Positions 1-9,963 of a stretch of 64,000 bases of DNA are shown one piece after another. A program made the position numbers and the translations under genes. The notes beneath the pieces were generated by a model. That model was not told where the DNA came from and searched no databases. It worked only from the letters and a program-made list of their open reading frames with translations. The DNA comes from Escherichia phage vB_EcoM_Goslar, in the sequence record NC_048170.1. One strand, given 5' to 3'. The first letter of the stretch is position 1; every line of letters begins with the position of its first letter.

Positions 1-4
1 TGCG

Positions 5-940
5 TTGCTGCTCGCACAGCTCCCTATGAGATACGACATCTCAGTACAAACTTACTACGACATGATTCTCGATCTTACCCCAGAATTGGGTAATCGTGTC
101 AAGTTGACAACATCAAGATACGCGGGTAAGTTATTCGACGGTGCTTTCTATCCGGGACTGCACGAAGCTATTATCGCAACCGGTGAAAGTCGTCTTATTT
201 CACGTGATGTTCTTGACAACTGGCGTAATTGGTCACCAGTTAGAATCGTGACGCACCCATACGCAAATCTTCGTTACATTCCTCTTCACCAAAAGCAGGT
301 TGAAGAAGGACGAGGTTTTGCGGTCATTATGGTTGATGTGCCTTTGTTAGCGCTACAGTATCGAATGTGGTCTTTGGTCATGGGTCATAACGTCGACGGT
401 AAATGGGTGGTTAAAGAACCGGTTACAAGCTTCCTTGCGAGTTTTCCGTTGGTTAACGCATTATACTCACACAACGATGTTGTTATACGCAATCGTTGTT
501 TGTGGGTATCACCGGCTAAGAATCCACTCAAATCACCAATTTACGTTAACGACCTTGATAACGTATTCAGCCAAGTCGTTCTGTCCGTACAGCATCATTT
601 ATTACGAAGAAGACGAAGCTACACCGATATGCTTAAACAGATACCGAGTTTATACGGGGATCAGTACCAAGCAACCCGAATGGGTTACACCGTCGATCTT
701 CGACAAACACGATGGGCAAGGGATCTGGGTTGTCTGTCATTATGGCAACAACTCGTCACATTGCAAAACGTATCTGAAAGCGTCGGGTTCAGCAGTCAAA
801 TCGATAACGACCTGTACCGTGCTGCTGACCGTAGTCTAAAAGAAGGTAACTGGGAGTCCTCTCCGTTACCTGGCGATTTAAGACGTGAAGTTATCGCACA
901 GGTTGCCGACCTCTTAAAAATTCTTCCCGCCGGTGCATAA
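5..940 (+). CDS. hypothetical protein; 5' end probably outside window
   Basis: ORF open to window start (first codon TTG); no recognisable motif. Confidence 0.4.
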   Translation: MLLAQLPMRYDISVQTYYDMILDLTPELGNRVKLTTSRYAGKLFDGAFYPGLHEAIIATGESRLISRDVLDNWRNWSPVRIVTHPYANLRYIPLHQKQVEEGRGFAVIMVDVPLLALQYRMWSLVMGHNVDGKWVVKEPVTSFLASFPLVNALYSHNDVVIRNRCLWVSPAKNPLKSPIYVNDLDNVFSQVVLSVQHHLLRRRRSYTDMLKQIPSLYGDQYQATRMGYTVDLRQTRWARDLGCLSLWQQLVTLQNVSESVGFSSQIDNDLYRAADRSLKEGNWESSPLPGDLRREVIAQVADLLKILPAGA

Positions 941-960
941 TCACCCCCCTCTTCCCTTGC

Positions 961-990
961 ATCCTCCCAACCCGTAAGGGAAGGGAGGAT
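961..990. terminator. GC-rich stem-loop between convergent genes
   Basis: atcctccc-aa-ccc GTAA ggg-aa-gggaggat inverted repeat between ORF ends at 940 and 1007. Confidence 0.5.
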
Positions 991-1006
991 GGGGTGGTGG
1001 GTTATG

Positions 1007-3160
1007 TTATTCTGCGGTTTCTTGCTTCGGTAAATAACTTGCTGCAATGTCTTGGGCTAACAATGTATTGTTTTTATTCGAGATGAAAATACCGTAACTT
1101 TCCATTAACGCGTAATACGAACGAACGAGCGTAGAGATCAATCGACGAATATCCATACCTTGAATAAAGATATCAGGAAGCCCGGAGGCTTCGATCACCG
1201 GTAATGGTATCGTTAAGTTGCTTATCGTTTTCTTATCGTTACGTACAATCCAATCACGGAAACGTTGTTGTAACCCTTTATCCTCCCAGGAATCAATCCA
1301 ATCGTTAAGAAGCGTTTTGTTCTTCGTCGCCAACGGCACACGAACCCCAACATAGGGCGGTTCCTGGCAATGGCCGTACGATTGAGCAAACACCTCTTCC
1401 CACATATCGTAAGACTGTTTCGTTACCGCAACATGTGGCTTCACTTTAACACGTGTTAAGAAATCGGGATCACCTCGTTTCATGGACTCAACGATTTCGT
1501 TTTCTAACGAGATAATATCATCAAGAACCAATCGAATGCTGATCTTCTCGTTACGTAACAGCTTATCCATGATACCACACATCATGCGTTCAACACGTTT
1601 GACGATCATTTTTGGTGCTGACGCGTCACGCATAACCGGACCTTTCAATTCCAGCTTCGGTGGGTTGATAGGAACCCCCTCACGCATGGTCATGTAACCG
1701 TAATAGTTTTTACCCATCGAGGTTAACGACAGAATCAAGAACATATATTCGTTCTTCATTTCCATCACGTACATATGCTCTTTCGCTACACCGATATTAC
1801 CAGAACACATCGCCATCAGATGAACCGTAATCTGCGTAACCAGATAGATAAGCGTATTTGCTAAGCGCGTCGAAACTGGATTGATCTCCATATTTCCAAA
1901 TCGCCACTGCACCCACTCCTGGCAGGTAAACACCGTCGAGTCGGTATCAGACAACACACCCACTTCACGGATTGCTGATGGGAAAGCATAAACGCCAGCC
2001 GGTTGGTTCTCGGTACGCCAGAATGCCATAATCAAATCTGCGTAGCTTTGAATACGCTGTAGCATTAATTTTGTCGTCGCCGCAGTAAGACGATAACCAA
2101 GTTCATTTCCTTTTTCTAGCGCTACGTAAATCGCTTCCCCGTTCAAGAACTCCGTGCATTGTGCTGTAATCCAAGCGACCGTGTTGTTATCCATGGAAGC
2201 AATAATGGCTTTAGCCTCTTCCATCGTTTCAACAGGTTCGGATGCCAGCTCACATAACGAGTCAAGAAAATCTCGAACAAATTCAGGATTAAGCTCACGT
2301 AACGAGTACAGGTTATTGCTGTACATGTAGCAGGCACGTTCCAACGGTGTTAAACCGGTAATTAACTCCCGGATAGTCAGTTCTTTCTCTGGGTCGAAAG
2401 TATATCGATGCAAGCATTTCGATACGTTAGCCCAAACCTCTTCCGGCGTAGGGTAATGTAGTTTGTATTTTACCATTACCTGCTCAATGGCTTTGCGATC
2501 GCTGTTACGAACAATACTTACGATGTTTTCAATTGCGATATCACAATCGTAATAATGGAAATTGCCCGCAAGGAAGCGTTCGTTGTTCGCATTGGCTGAA
2601 CCTGAAGCACAGCGACATGTTGTCGTTAAACTTGGATGCGCGATCGGATTATAAAAAGGGTTAAACTTGGACGCCTGGGTTCCTGACAAACTGTTGTTGT
2701 CTAACTTGGTGTTGGTTTGTCGTTTATCGTGTAACTCAGCTTCGTCTTTACGTCCGTGTGCTTGCGCTATCGACATTTGTTTCTTTTGTTTCTTACGCAA
2801 CTTACCGTTTTCAACCGCGAAGTCGCTTAGCACACTGGAACGTGTTTCACGTGGATAACAGTTAGCCCATACCGGCGTGATAATTAAATTATTTTCTTTA
2901 ATATCATTGAAGTATTGGCTGAACTTGATGACTTCTTTTTCACGATTTCCTTCGGTACGCTGTGTTAATACAAGACAGTCGGGATCAACCATCCCGTATT
3001 TTCCACCGGGACGAACCGTATCAAGGACAAACTGCAACGCTTCCTGCTGTGATATCCCACGCATGCGCATTAAGAACAGGGTATAATCCTGTACCGCTTC
3101 TTTGGTCATATCCAACGTACGACCATATCCGTTTTCATCGTAAAAGAACGGATTTTCCAT
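1007..3160 (-). CDS. large hypothetical protein with DTDS motif (possibly polymerase-related)
   Basis: 717-aa ORF; segment GVLSDTDSTVF resembles family-B polymerase motif C, but other motifs not found in expected order. Confidence 0.45.
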   Translation of the reverse strand: MENPFFYDENGYGRTLDMTKEAVQDYTLFLMRMRGISQQEALQFVLDTVRPGGKYGMVDPDCLVLTQRTEGNREKEVIKFSQYFNDIKENNLIITPVWANCYPRETRSSVLSDFAVENGKLRKKQKKQMSIAQAHGRKDEAELHDKRQTNTKLDNNSLSGTQASKFNPFYNPIAHPSLTTTCRCASGSANANNERFLAGNFHYYDCDIAIENIVSIVRNSDRKAIEQVMVKYKLHYPTPEEVWANVSKCLHRYTFDPEKELTIRELITGLTPLERACYMYSNNLYSLRELNPEFVRDFLDSLCELASEPVETMEEAKAIIASMDNNTVAWITAQCTEFLNGEAIYVALEKGNELGYRLTAATTKLMLQRIQSYADLIMAFWRTENQPAGVYAFPSAIREVGVLSDTDSTVFTCQEWVQWRFGNMEINPVSTRLANTLIYLVTQITVHLMAMCSGNIGVAKEHMYVMEMKNEYMFLILSLTSMGKNYYGYMTMREGVPINPPKLELKGPVMRDASAPKMIVKRVERMMCGIMDKLLRNEKISIRLVLDDIISLENEIVESMKRGDPDFLTRVKVKPHVAVTKQSYDMWEEVFAQSYGHCQEPPYVGVRVPLATKNKTLLNDWIDSWEDKGLQQRFRDWIVRNDKKTISNLTIPLPVIEASGLPDIFIQGMDIRRLISTLVRSYYALMESYGIFISNKNNTLLAQDIAASYLPKQETAE

Positions 3161-3221
3161 AAATCCTCCAAAAGTTATTTAGTCTGTCTACATCATCTCG
3201 TATATCTGTTAAAAAAGAAGG

Positions 3222-3234
3222 ACGGCATAAAAAA
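3222..3234 (-). promoter_or_regulatory. TTTTTTATGCCGT box following a UUCG-loop hairpin
   Basis: minus-strand hairpin ccgatctggc-TTCG-gctggatcgg then TTTTTTATGCCGTCC, about 70 nt upstream of ATG at 3160. Confidence 0.4.
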
Positions 3235-3458
3235 GAACCGATCCAGCCGAAGCCAGATCGGTTAAAAAGGATAATAACTGACAGAAAGATATCGATGATG
3301 TTCGTGAAACAAGATCTTCTCTCGTGTACAATGATGCTAGATCAGAGGGAGGTTGTAACACGAGAGGTGGTTCGCCAAAGAAGGAATAAAAACACGAACC
3401 TATCTTATTTCACTGATGGCACTAACCACTCAAAATATATAGTACTGTATGTAAAAGT

Positions 3459-3872
3459 TTACTGATTAATCAAGTCGTTAGCAACAATCTTGGTGTAACC
3501 TGCCTGATTAAGAATCTGATTAATTTTCGTTACGTCGGTCGCATCCTCAATAACGATGCTGGGTTTATAGATCAGCGTCTTGGTAACGACGATTGTACTC
3601 TCCTTAATCCAAGGAATCCCTAGAATCACATACTCGCCATCGGCTGTAATGACCTCGACGTAATTGTATTTCGTCGGATCGTTCGGTACACTAGACGGGA
3701 GCCGGGAATAAATCTGTTGGTGAATGGCGTCTACATCACGGCCGTTGCGCACAGCCGTACGATAGTTGTACACGGCGCTAATTTCTACTCCGTTGAAGTT
3801 AACCCCAAGTTCTGGGGCGTATACATCAAAACTCACAACAGAGCCAATCTTTTCTAAATCAGAAGCTGGCAT
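3459..3872 (-). CDS. hypothetical protein
   Basis: 137-aa ORF. Confidence 0.5.
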   Translation of the reverse strand: MPASDLEKIGSVVSFDVYAPELGVNFNGVEISAVYNYRTAVRNGRDVDAIHQQIYSRLPSSVPNDPTKYNYVEVITADGEYVILGIPWIKESTIVVTKTLIYKPSIVIEDATDVTKINQILNQAGYTKIVANDLINQ

Positions 3873-3883
3873 AATAGCATCCT

Positions 3884-4405
3884 TTATTTAAAAATGTATT
3901 CGTATCCGAAGGTCGTCGCCGACCAGACCCGGATAGATGATAGTGTTCCGCCACGATAAAACGTTTTTGTGAATTCCATATCCTGGGCAACACGATAATA
4001 AACACGTCCGATAATACGCACGATAAGGTTTCGTGATAACGATCTCTCCTCGCAGTATTCATCGATAAAGTCATCGTCGATATCCGATAAGACAACATCC
4101 GCAATTTCTTGCAGTAGGTTCCTCATCAGCATCTGCCTTCCTTCGGTACCCCACCCAGACAAACAGTAATCGTCTTCTGCCTGACTATAGATGTCGTTAA
4201 CCGCCTGTTCGAGCAGTTGCTCAAGATAGTAGTCATCGCGTTTTATAACGTGGCGACGGCGCTCAGTGGCGTATTTTTCCATCCTGTGTTTCTCTTGTTC
4301 GGCGTATGTATTAACGACGCCACAGTCTTTTCTGGATCGTCCCACAATGCACGACGAAAACTGGATACTACCATAACGGTAGGATAGATTTGTACAACCT
4401 CCCAT
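3884..4405 (-). CDS. hypothetical protein (start uncertain, likely internal ATG near 4282)
   Basis: ORF overlaps upstream ORF; acidic protein. Confidence 0.35.
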   Translation of the reverse strand: MGGCTNLSYRYGSIQFSSCIVGRSRKDCGVVNTYAEQEKHRMEKYATERRRHVIKRDDYYLEQLLEQAVNDIYSQAEDDYCLSGWGTEGRQMLMRNLLQEIADVVLSDIDDDFIDEYCEERSLSRNLIVRIIGRVYYRVAQDMEFTKTFYRGGTLSSIRVWSATTFGYEYIFK

Positions 4406-4731
4406 CCGTAACGATGTGCGTTAGTCGTACGTCCGACATTGAACAGACATAGCTGATTTAAGAAACAGAGCTGCATCTTCGTAAACAACACCATGTCTTC
4501 ACGTTTAACGTATCCGAGGATATACGCATTCTCGAACGCCTCGCGTGACAAGACGGGACGATTAAGATACCGCAACGACAGTACCAACAACGTTGTTATG
4601 CGCAACGGATCTTCTGGGTCATTCATGGTGCTCAGCTCTGCTTGTAACCAGTCAGGGATAGTAACCGTCAGACGATAGGTATCTGTTCCACGATCAACCA
4701 CATTCAATGTTGAAAAAGGCAACATATCCAT
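4243..4731 (-). CDS. hypothetical protein
   Basis: 162-aa ORF in chain of overlapping minus-strand ORFs. Confidence 0.35.
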   Translation of the reverse strand: MDMLPFSTLNVVDRGTDTYRLTVTIPDWLQAELSTMNDPEDPLRITTLLVLSLRYLNRPVLSREAFENAYILGYVKREDMVLFTKMQLCFLNQLCLFNVGRTTNAHRYGWEVVQIYPTVMVVSSFRRALWDDPEKTVASLIHTPNKRNTGWKNTPLSAVATL

Positions 4732-5269
4732 GAATTCCTTCTAGCTCGAGGTTGTTCTCGCCGGTCTTCGGTAATAACCCACTGGCCGTTAACATCTGCG
4801 TCATCGAGTAGTCAAAGCACGGAAATATCAGGTTAACGGTTTCCTGGATCGCGTCAACATAACTATAAATGGCTTCATAATACTCACCGTCATGATCTAC
4901 GCTAACCAGTTCCTGACACAGTTCTTCGCTTATCATTTCATATACCGGTGGATACCACGATTGAAATGGTCGCTGCATACGTAACGACCAATACTCGTAC
5001 GTCGTATACTGAAGCACGTCATAAGCCGATACGTTAATGCGGTCGAAGAAAGCATACTTGTCCATATGCTGATACAACATCGCCAGCACGGTTTCCAAGC
5101 ACACCGATATCCGCACGCCGTCATCTTTCCCGTTAAGAAAATTAGGTTTCTGCCGATAACGCACAAATGCCGACGGCTTTGATTGCATTATTCCACCACC
5201 AACCATAACGTCATACTCGTATCTAACGTAAAATTGAAATGCCACCAATCTTCTACACGTGGAATCCAC
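4694..5269 (-). CDS. hypothetical protein
   Basis: 191-aa ORF. Confidence 0.35.
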   Translation of the reverse strand: MDSTCRRLVAFQFYVRYEYDVMVGGGIMQSKPSAFVRYRQKPNFLNGKDDGVRISVCLETVLAMLYQHMDKYAFFDRINVSAYDVLQYTTYEYWSLRMQRPFQSWYPPVYEMISEELCQELVSVDHDGEYYEAIYSYVDAIQETVNLIFPCFDYSMTQMLTASGLLPKTGENNLELEGIHGYVAFFNIECG

Positions 5270-5739
5270 GTACGAAGGATTTGGTTAACTTCGCTTCGCA
5301 TCACCGATAAACGACAACGAAAATCGAACTTCTCATCATGACCGTAGTCTTCATGCATGAAAACTTCATCCAAAACGAACTCAAGTTGCATGTCGACATC
5401 ACGGCCAGAGATATTCCGTTTGTACAAATACAACTCAATCGTGTCGTAAAGCAACGTATGAATATCATAATTTCCGTTCGGTGAGAAATAAGGTAATCGC
5501 TCATCGAGCATCGAAAACAGATATTCACTGTAGTTTAATAACGGGATGATGTACCGACGCCCTGTCTGTGGTGTGCGAATATGTATCGAAACCTGACTTG
5601 GGCGCGGAATAACCGACGGCTTAGAATCGTCTCTCTGAAATTGCTCTAAAGATCGCAACAAAGGTGGCCGCATTGTAACTCTCCAACGCCCAATTGTAAG
5701 GCCCTTCCAACATGTGTTCCCATACGTGAATAAACTCAC
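5188..5739 (-). CDS. hypothetical protein (start uncertain)
   Basis: 183-aa ORF overlapping neighbours. Confidence 0.3.
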   Translation of the reverse strand: MSLFTYGNTCWKGLTIGRWRVTMRPPLLRSLEQFQRDDSKPSVIPRPSQVSIHIRTPQTGRRYIIPLLNYSEYLFSMLDERLPYFSPNGNYDIHTLLYDTIELYLYKRNISGRDVDMQLEFVLDEVFMHEDYGHDEKFDFRCRLSVMRSEVNQILRTWIPRVEDWWHFNFTLDTSMTLWLVVE

Positions 5740-6250
5740 TACCGAAGACAGGCTCTAGTGCCATAGTGAGATTCGTAAGTTCTGACGCGGCCGCATGGTA
5801 AGCATCAACATGTCTTTCCATTGACGGATCGTCTTCATTGAAAATACGTTCTGTATCGCCAGCGCGCTCAATAAGTTCGGTAATGAGATCTGTCCATGTC
5901 TCGTGACACGTCATCATTTCCTGTTCTCGACTTAGTATGCCGATGTCTGCGTGGACGCTGGACTCGAACCGGTCTAAAAGGACCCGAAGAACGTGCACCT
6001 TGTCGATGTATTTCACCGTTATCCAGGAAAGCGGTTGCCACCGACTCAGCATCCATCCGGTACTCGGGAACCCCAAACTCATATAGTACGGGTTGCACCG
6101 GACCGAAGACGGAGCGACGTTGTTTAAATCGCTCCTTAAGGGCAAGGCCTTGTTTAATATAAACGGGTTCATTGGCGAGCTGTTCCGCTTTTCGTTTTGC
6201 GTGAGCCAATCGAAGTTCTTCCAATTGCCCAAGCCATTCAAATTGTTCAT
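5621..6250 (-). CDS. hypothetical protein (start uncertain)
   Basis: 209-aa ORF; overlaps 5868..6845 by about 380 nt in another frame. Confidence 0.3.
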   Translation of the reverse strand: MNNLNGLGNWKNFDWLTQNEKRNSSPMNPFILNKALPLRSDLNNVAPSSVRCNPYYMSLGFPSTGWMLSRWQPLSWITVKYIDKVHVLRVLLDRFESSVHADIGILSREQEMMTCHETWTDLITELIERAGDTERIFNEDDPSMERHVDAYHAAASELTNLTMALEPVFGSEFIHVWEHMLEGPYNWALESYNAATFVAIFRAISERRF

Positions 6251-6845
6251 CTGTTAGCTCCTGGGGACGTTCAACAATCGCGCCAGATGGGCAGACATTG
6301 ATCGTGATGTTAATTGACGGCATCGCCATCACTCGAGGATTACTATTACGTACGCGGACAACGTGTTCGGTTGCTGATTTACGATCGACGCAATACTCTG
6401 TTTCTTGGAACTCAAATGCTTTTAACGGTGTTGGTTTTGTTTGACGTTTAGGAACGCGGCCAAGATCGACAATATAGGCATAATCGCACACACGTTCTAT
6501 TCCGTAAATACGGTTATCCGACCAGTTCTTACCAAACAGCTTGTTGTGATGATAAGACAAATATTCGGTTACCATACCCTGGACAACATCGAAGTCTTCT
6601 CGAAATTCAGGTTGGTACCAAATCGGGCCGAGAATATCTGCGAACGATTCATGACGATATCGAGGATCATGTCGAGTCCAGGTCATTCTCTGATTAAGAT
6701 CGAAATCCACCAACAACTCGGTTAATTGCAATTTTTCCTTCGGAGAAAGCTGGCGTTGATGATGCAAACTCAGGCAATCGATAAGCGGTAATGAAACCCA
6801 CGATGCTAATGTGTACAAATCGATCCTGGCTAATCTCTTGGTCAT
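5868..6845 (-). CDS. hypothetical protein
   Basis: 325-aa ORF; Arg-rich C-terminal part may be out-of-frame read-through. Confidence 0.4.
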   Translation of the reverse strand: MTKRLARIDLYTLASWVSLPLIDCLSLHHQRQLSPKEKLQLTELLVDFDLNQRMTWTRHDPRYRHESFADILGPIWYQPEFREDFDVVQGMVTEYLSYHHNKLFGKNWSDNRIYGIERVCDYAYIVDLGRVPKRQTKPTPLKAFEFQETEYCVDRKSATEHVVRVRNSNPRVMAMPSINITINVCPSGAIVERPQELTDEQFEWLGQLEELRLAHAKRKAEQLANEPVYIKQGLALKERFKQRRSVFGPVQPVLYEFGVPEYRMDAESVATAFLDNGEIHRQGARSSGPFRPVRVQRPRRHRHTKSRTGNDDVSRDMDRSHYRTY

Positions 6846-6936
6846 ACTCTTTTCCTAAGTCCCCATTGTTTATACACACGATATCTGGGAATAGTTAAAA
6901 TATACGGCGTAAAACGAAGCAGGAGAGTTTCTGACG

Positions 6937-7257
6937 TCATTTTCTCCCTCTTCGAATACCACCGATACCTCTTTCGTCTAAGACGTCCCAAGCACGCTTT
7001 ATTTCATCCTCCGTTGCTCTGGTATCTGGAGGGACAACCATAACACAGTCGTGGAATGGCCAATGTGTAGGTCTGGGGTTAGCGAACAAATCATCCCATT
7101 CAAATGTCCATTCTTTCTTTGAGCGATTGTAGTAGAGCGTAAGGTACGTGTTGGTATACGCCGGATAACCACGCATAACTTCAATATCCTTACGATCTTG
7201 CCGTTCCTGATTCCAATCGTTAAACCGCTTTCTTATTTTCTCCCACCACTTTCCCAT
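6937..7257 (-). CDS. hypothetical protein
   Basis: 106-aa ORF with RBS AGGAG. Confidence 0.5.
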   Translation of the reverse strand: MGKWWEKIRKRFNDWNQERQDRKDIEVMRGYPAYTNTYLTLYYNRSKKEWTFEWDDLFANPRPTHWPFHDCVMVVPPDTRATEDEIKRAWDVLDERGIGGIRRGRK

Positions 7258-7269
7258 GCTTTCTCCTAC

Positions 7270-7280
7270 ACGGCATAAAA
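7270..7280 (-). promoter_or_regulatory. TTTTATGCCGT box following a UUCG-loop hairpin
   Basis: minus strand: agcctgtcc-TTCG-gggcaggct then TTTTATGCCGTG, 12 nt before ATG at 7257. Confidence 0.45.
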
Positions 7281-7310
7281 GCCTGCCCCGAAGGACAGGC
7301 TCGATAGAAC

Positions 7311-7511
7311 TTAATAACCATCCAATTTCAATGAAGGATGGTTGACGATATGTGCGTGTTTTGCTGGGTCATATAGCTGATATGGAAAATAGCCATGCCA
7401 TTGACGGCCTTGGCATTTCGTACACAGGAACTGACCAACACCTTGTCGATTCTCGTAAGCGAGTTCGGTACTATCAACATGTCCGCAACGTTCGCAGATA
7501 AACAGCGACAT
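7311..7511 (-). CDS. small zinc-ribbon protein
   Basis: 66 aa with CxxC...CxxC (CERCGH...CTKCQG). Confidence 0.45.
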   Translation of the reverse strand: MSLFICERCGHVDSTELAYENRQGVGQFLCTKCQGRQWHGYFPYQLYDPAKHAHIVNHPSLKLDGY

Positions 7512-7548
7512 AGCGCATCCCCATTCACTTGAACCTTTTGGTTCGGCA

Positions 7549-8529
7549 TTAGAAAAGCAAGAAACCGCTATTCTTCGCTTCCGCTACAGTTTCGTCACCA
7601 ACTTTCGGTGCTTGTTGACGTGCGTTACGATGTTCGATGTAACGTTTCGCTTCGTCAGCGATTTGTTTGATAATACCCCCTAAACGATCGGTACTTAAAA
7701 CAAACGACGTCGCTTCACGAATCGGGCTGCTTTCAGGCACAAAACCATCACAGCTATAAATAGCGCTAACACCCATGACTTTTGTCGCGTCTTTCGGATA
7801 AAGCGTACAGAAAGCAATCGGGCTATCGTTCTCTTTCGTCCATTCGTATCCCATGAACGTATTCAGTTCGGTGATCGTCGGTTCCAAACCGGTAACACGT
7901 GGATGGTTTAAGAAGTTTTCCAGGTCGGCGCTGTCAAGACGACGGTTCTCGCCAGAAAACAGAACACAAAGCTGGCTAATAACAACCTGCACGTCCAGGT
8001 TGACATCCTGCTCCGATTTCCCATTTTCGCCATTCATGTGATAGCTAACAATCACTGGACGTTTCAACCCTTCTGCAGCCGCCATCAGTCCTTTGAAGGT
8101 GCGATCGGCGTTGATCGTCTGGCGCTCATCATCGAACGAGGCAACGATACAACACACCACACGTTCACCGCGTTCCAGCAGGTTAGCAACCAACGCAGGA
8201 CCGGCAACAGAACCTGAACCACCGCTCAAACTAAAGACCACGATATTAAATTTACCTGGCGTATGCTTATTGAGAATACCTGGGATTTGTGAACAGATCA
8301 GTTCAGCGTTCTCATCACGCTTCTTACCAGAACCGTCTAACTCACGACCAGCTGCATCTTTAAAGATGTAAATATGATCGTCGCCCAGTGTGCTATCGCG
8401 TAGGTTAGCGCGGCTGGTATCAACATACGTCATGCTGTGTAATCCTTTCGCGACTTCGCCTTCAAATGCTGAGCCGATTTCGCCACCACAACCACCGACA
8501 GCCCAAATATGTACTTGGTTCTCTTGCAT
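7549..8529 (-). CDS. phuZ: tubulin/FtsZ-like GTPase (PhuZ-like)
   Basis: N-terminal WAVGGCGGEIG and SLSGGSGSVAGP (tubulin signature GGGTGSG-like); RBS AGGAG before ATG at 8529. Confidence 0.7.
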   Translation of the reverse strand: MQENQVHIWAVGGCGGEIGSAFEGEVAKGLHSMTYVDTSRANLRDSTLGDDHIYIFKDAAGRELDGSGKKRDENAELICSQIPGILNKHTPGKFNIVVFSLSGGSGSVAGPALVANLLERGERVVCCIVASFDDERQTINADRTFKGLMAAAEGLKRPVIVSYHMNGENGKSEQDVNLDVQVVISQLCVLFSGENRRLDSADLENFLNHPRVTGLEPTITELNTFMGYEWTKENDSPIAFCTLYPKDATKVMGVSAIYSCDGFVPESSPIREATSFVLSTDRLGGIIKQIADEAKRYIEHRNARQQAPKVGDETVAEAKNSGFLLF

Positions 8530-8593
8530 GTGAACTCCTAATTTAATATGTATTTAACGCACAATGAATCTTTCTTTGCTAAAGGGGTGACCC

Positions 8594-9436
8594 ATGGGTG
8601 CTATTGACTACAGTGTAGATCGTATCTGTCGTACAATACCGGCAGACATCCTACAGTATTGCTATATCGATCGCTACGACTGGCGTAATCGCTATCCTCG
8701 TTCCGTAGAAGACATCATTACCGATTGGGTAATCCGTAAACGGGTTATCGGCGACATCGATATCTACGGGGGACTACAAACCGTTATTCCCCTTGATGAT
8801 GCCGGTGTCACTATCGAAGAAGTCACCATCAACTGTTATGTTTTCCACATTCCGTTGGAAGCCACGCAGGGACGTTATATCACGTCTGCATTATCCATTA
8901 TCTCAGGGAGCGTGAACAACTACGGAATAAACTATAACGGGCAATGGGGCGCTTTCAACCAAACCCAATTTCAACGTCAGCTTTGTGGGTGGAACCCCGC
9001 AAGCAACACGTTACAGCAAGGGATGAACGCGTTCGGTCCCATGAACGTTCTTAGTACAGCCAACGTTGATATCATCGCACCTAACACCATCATGGTGAAC
9101 AACGTCACGCCGGTACAATTTCCCCTGAGCCTACGCTGTTTCCTTGCCCACGATCCGGAACTTACCAACCTCAGCATGGAGGTTTGGAACGACTTCTACA
9201 AACTCTGTTTATACGCCACACAAAGTGACATCTACAACAGAACCGTTATCCGTCTCGATAGAGGTGTTACAGCACAAGGACAAGAAGTCGGTGCATTCAA
9301 GGAATACATCGATCGCTTTGCCGATGCTGAAAACACATATCAGGAATTCCTGAACGAAACGTGGGCTGGCGTTGCTGCCTGGAACGATCCACAAACTAAA
9401 CGTCGCGCCATTCGACTACAAACCGGTTACTTCTGA
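8594..9436 (+). CDS. hypothetical protein
   Basis: 280-aa ORF. Confidence 0.55.
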   Translation: MGAIDYSVDRICRTIPADILQYCYIDRYDWRNRYPRSVEDIITDWVIRKRVIGDIDIYGGLQTVIPLDDAGVTIEEVTINCYVFHIPLEATQGRYITSALSIISGSVNNYGINYNGQWGAFNQTQFQRQLCGWNPASNTLQQGMNAFGPMNVLSTANVDIIAPNTIMVNNVTPVQFPLSLRCFLAHDPELTNLSMEVWNDFYKLCLYATQSDIYNRTVIRLDRGVTAQGQEVGAFKEYIDRFADAENTYQEFLNETWAGVAAWNDPQTKRRAIRLQTGYF

Positions 9437-9963
9437 TTAACGACAGCTTCCTCCCTCGGCGTTTTCGAGGGAGGTATTTGCCGTTTGAACACTTTCAGCA
9501 TGTTCGCAAAATCAGCAGCAATAATACAGGCCGAGCTTGATAGCTTATTGCTGAAAATGAGATCGTCCGGTAAACAATCGAACTGAATACCGTATTGCGT
9601 CTTTGTCTCATCAACGATCAATGATGGTGTCGATCTTGTCTTCGCGATGTCGGTGATATACAAACGTAAAAATAATTCACCGTCTTCGCTATCCATAAAA
9701 CGATAAGCGTTACCAGAAAACGCAGCATGCGGCGTAACGATAAATTGAACACGATCGTCGGTCGGATGGATATTTAACCAACGTTCGATATCATTACTAC
9801 TCACATTTCGCATATTTACTACGGTAAAAGCAAATAGCGTATCGTGATGTTTGGAATAATGCAGCACATACGCCGCATCTTTCTTTCCGTGAATCCCTTC
9901 AATGTATTCTATTGTCGTATAGCCGGATTTATATAGCTTTACTTGCGGTTTATCACTCATCAT
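9427..9963 (-). CDS. hypothetical protein (start at ATGATG overlapping upstream stop)
   Basis: ATGA-type overlap with stop of 9960..10259. Confidence 0.45.
   Translation of the reverse strand: MMSDKPQVKLYKSGYTTIEYIEGIHGKKDAAYVLHYSKHHDTLFAFTVVNMRNVSSNDIERWLNIHPTDDRVQFIVTPHAAFSGNAYRFMDSEDGELFLRLYITDIAKTRSTPSLIVDETKTQYGIQFDCLPDDLIFSNKLSSSACIIAADFANMLKVFKRQIPPSKTPREEAVVNQK

Noticed and set aside
1482-3162. Short plus-strand ORFs inside the 717-aa minus-strand gene, and similar antisense ORFs inside terL, the RNAP beta-like gene and the giant gene
   Set aside because: Fully embedded antisense to long, well-formed ORFs; no RBS; compositions typical of non-coding frames.
5896-6162. 88-aa plus-strand ORF
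   Set aside because: Antisense to overlapping minus-strand genes; Arg/Cys-rich junk-like translation.
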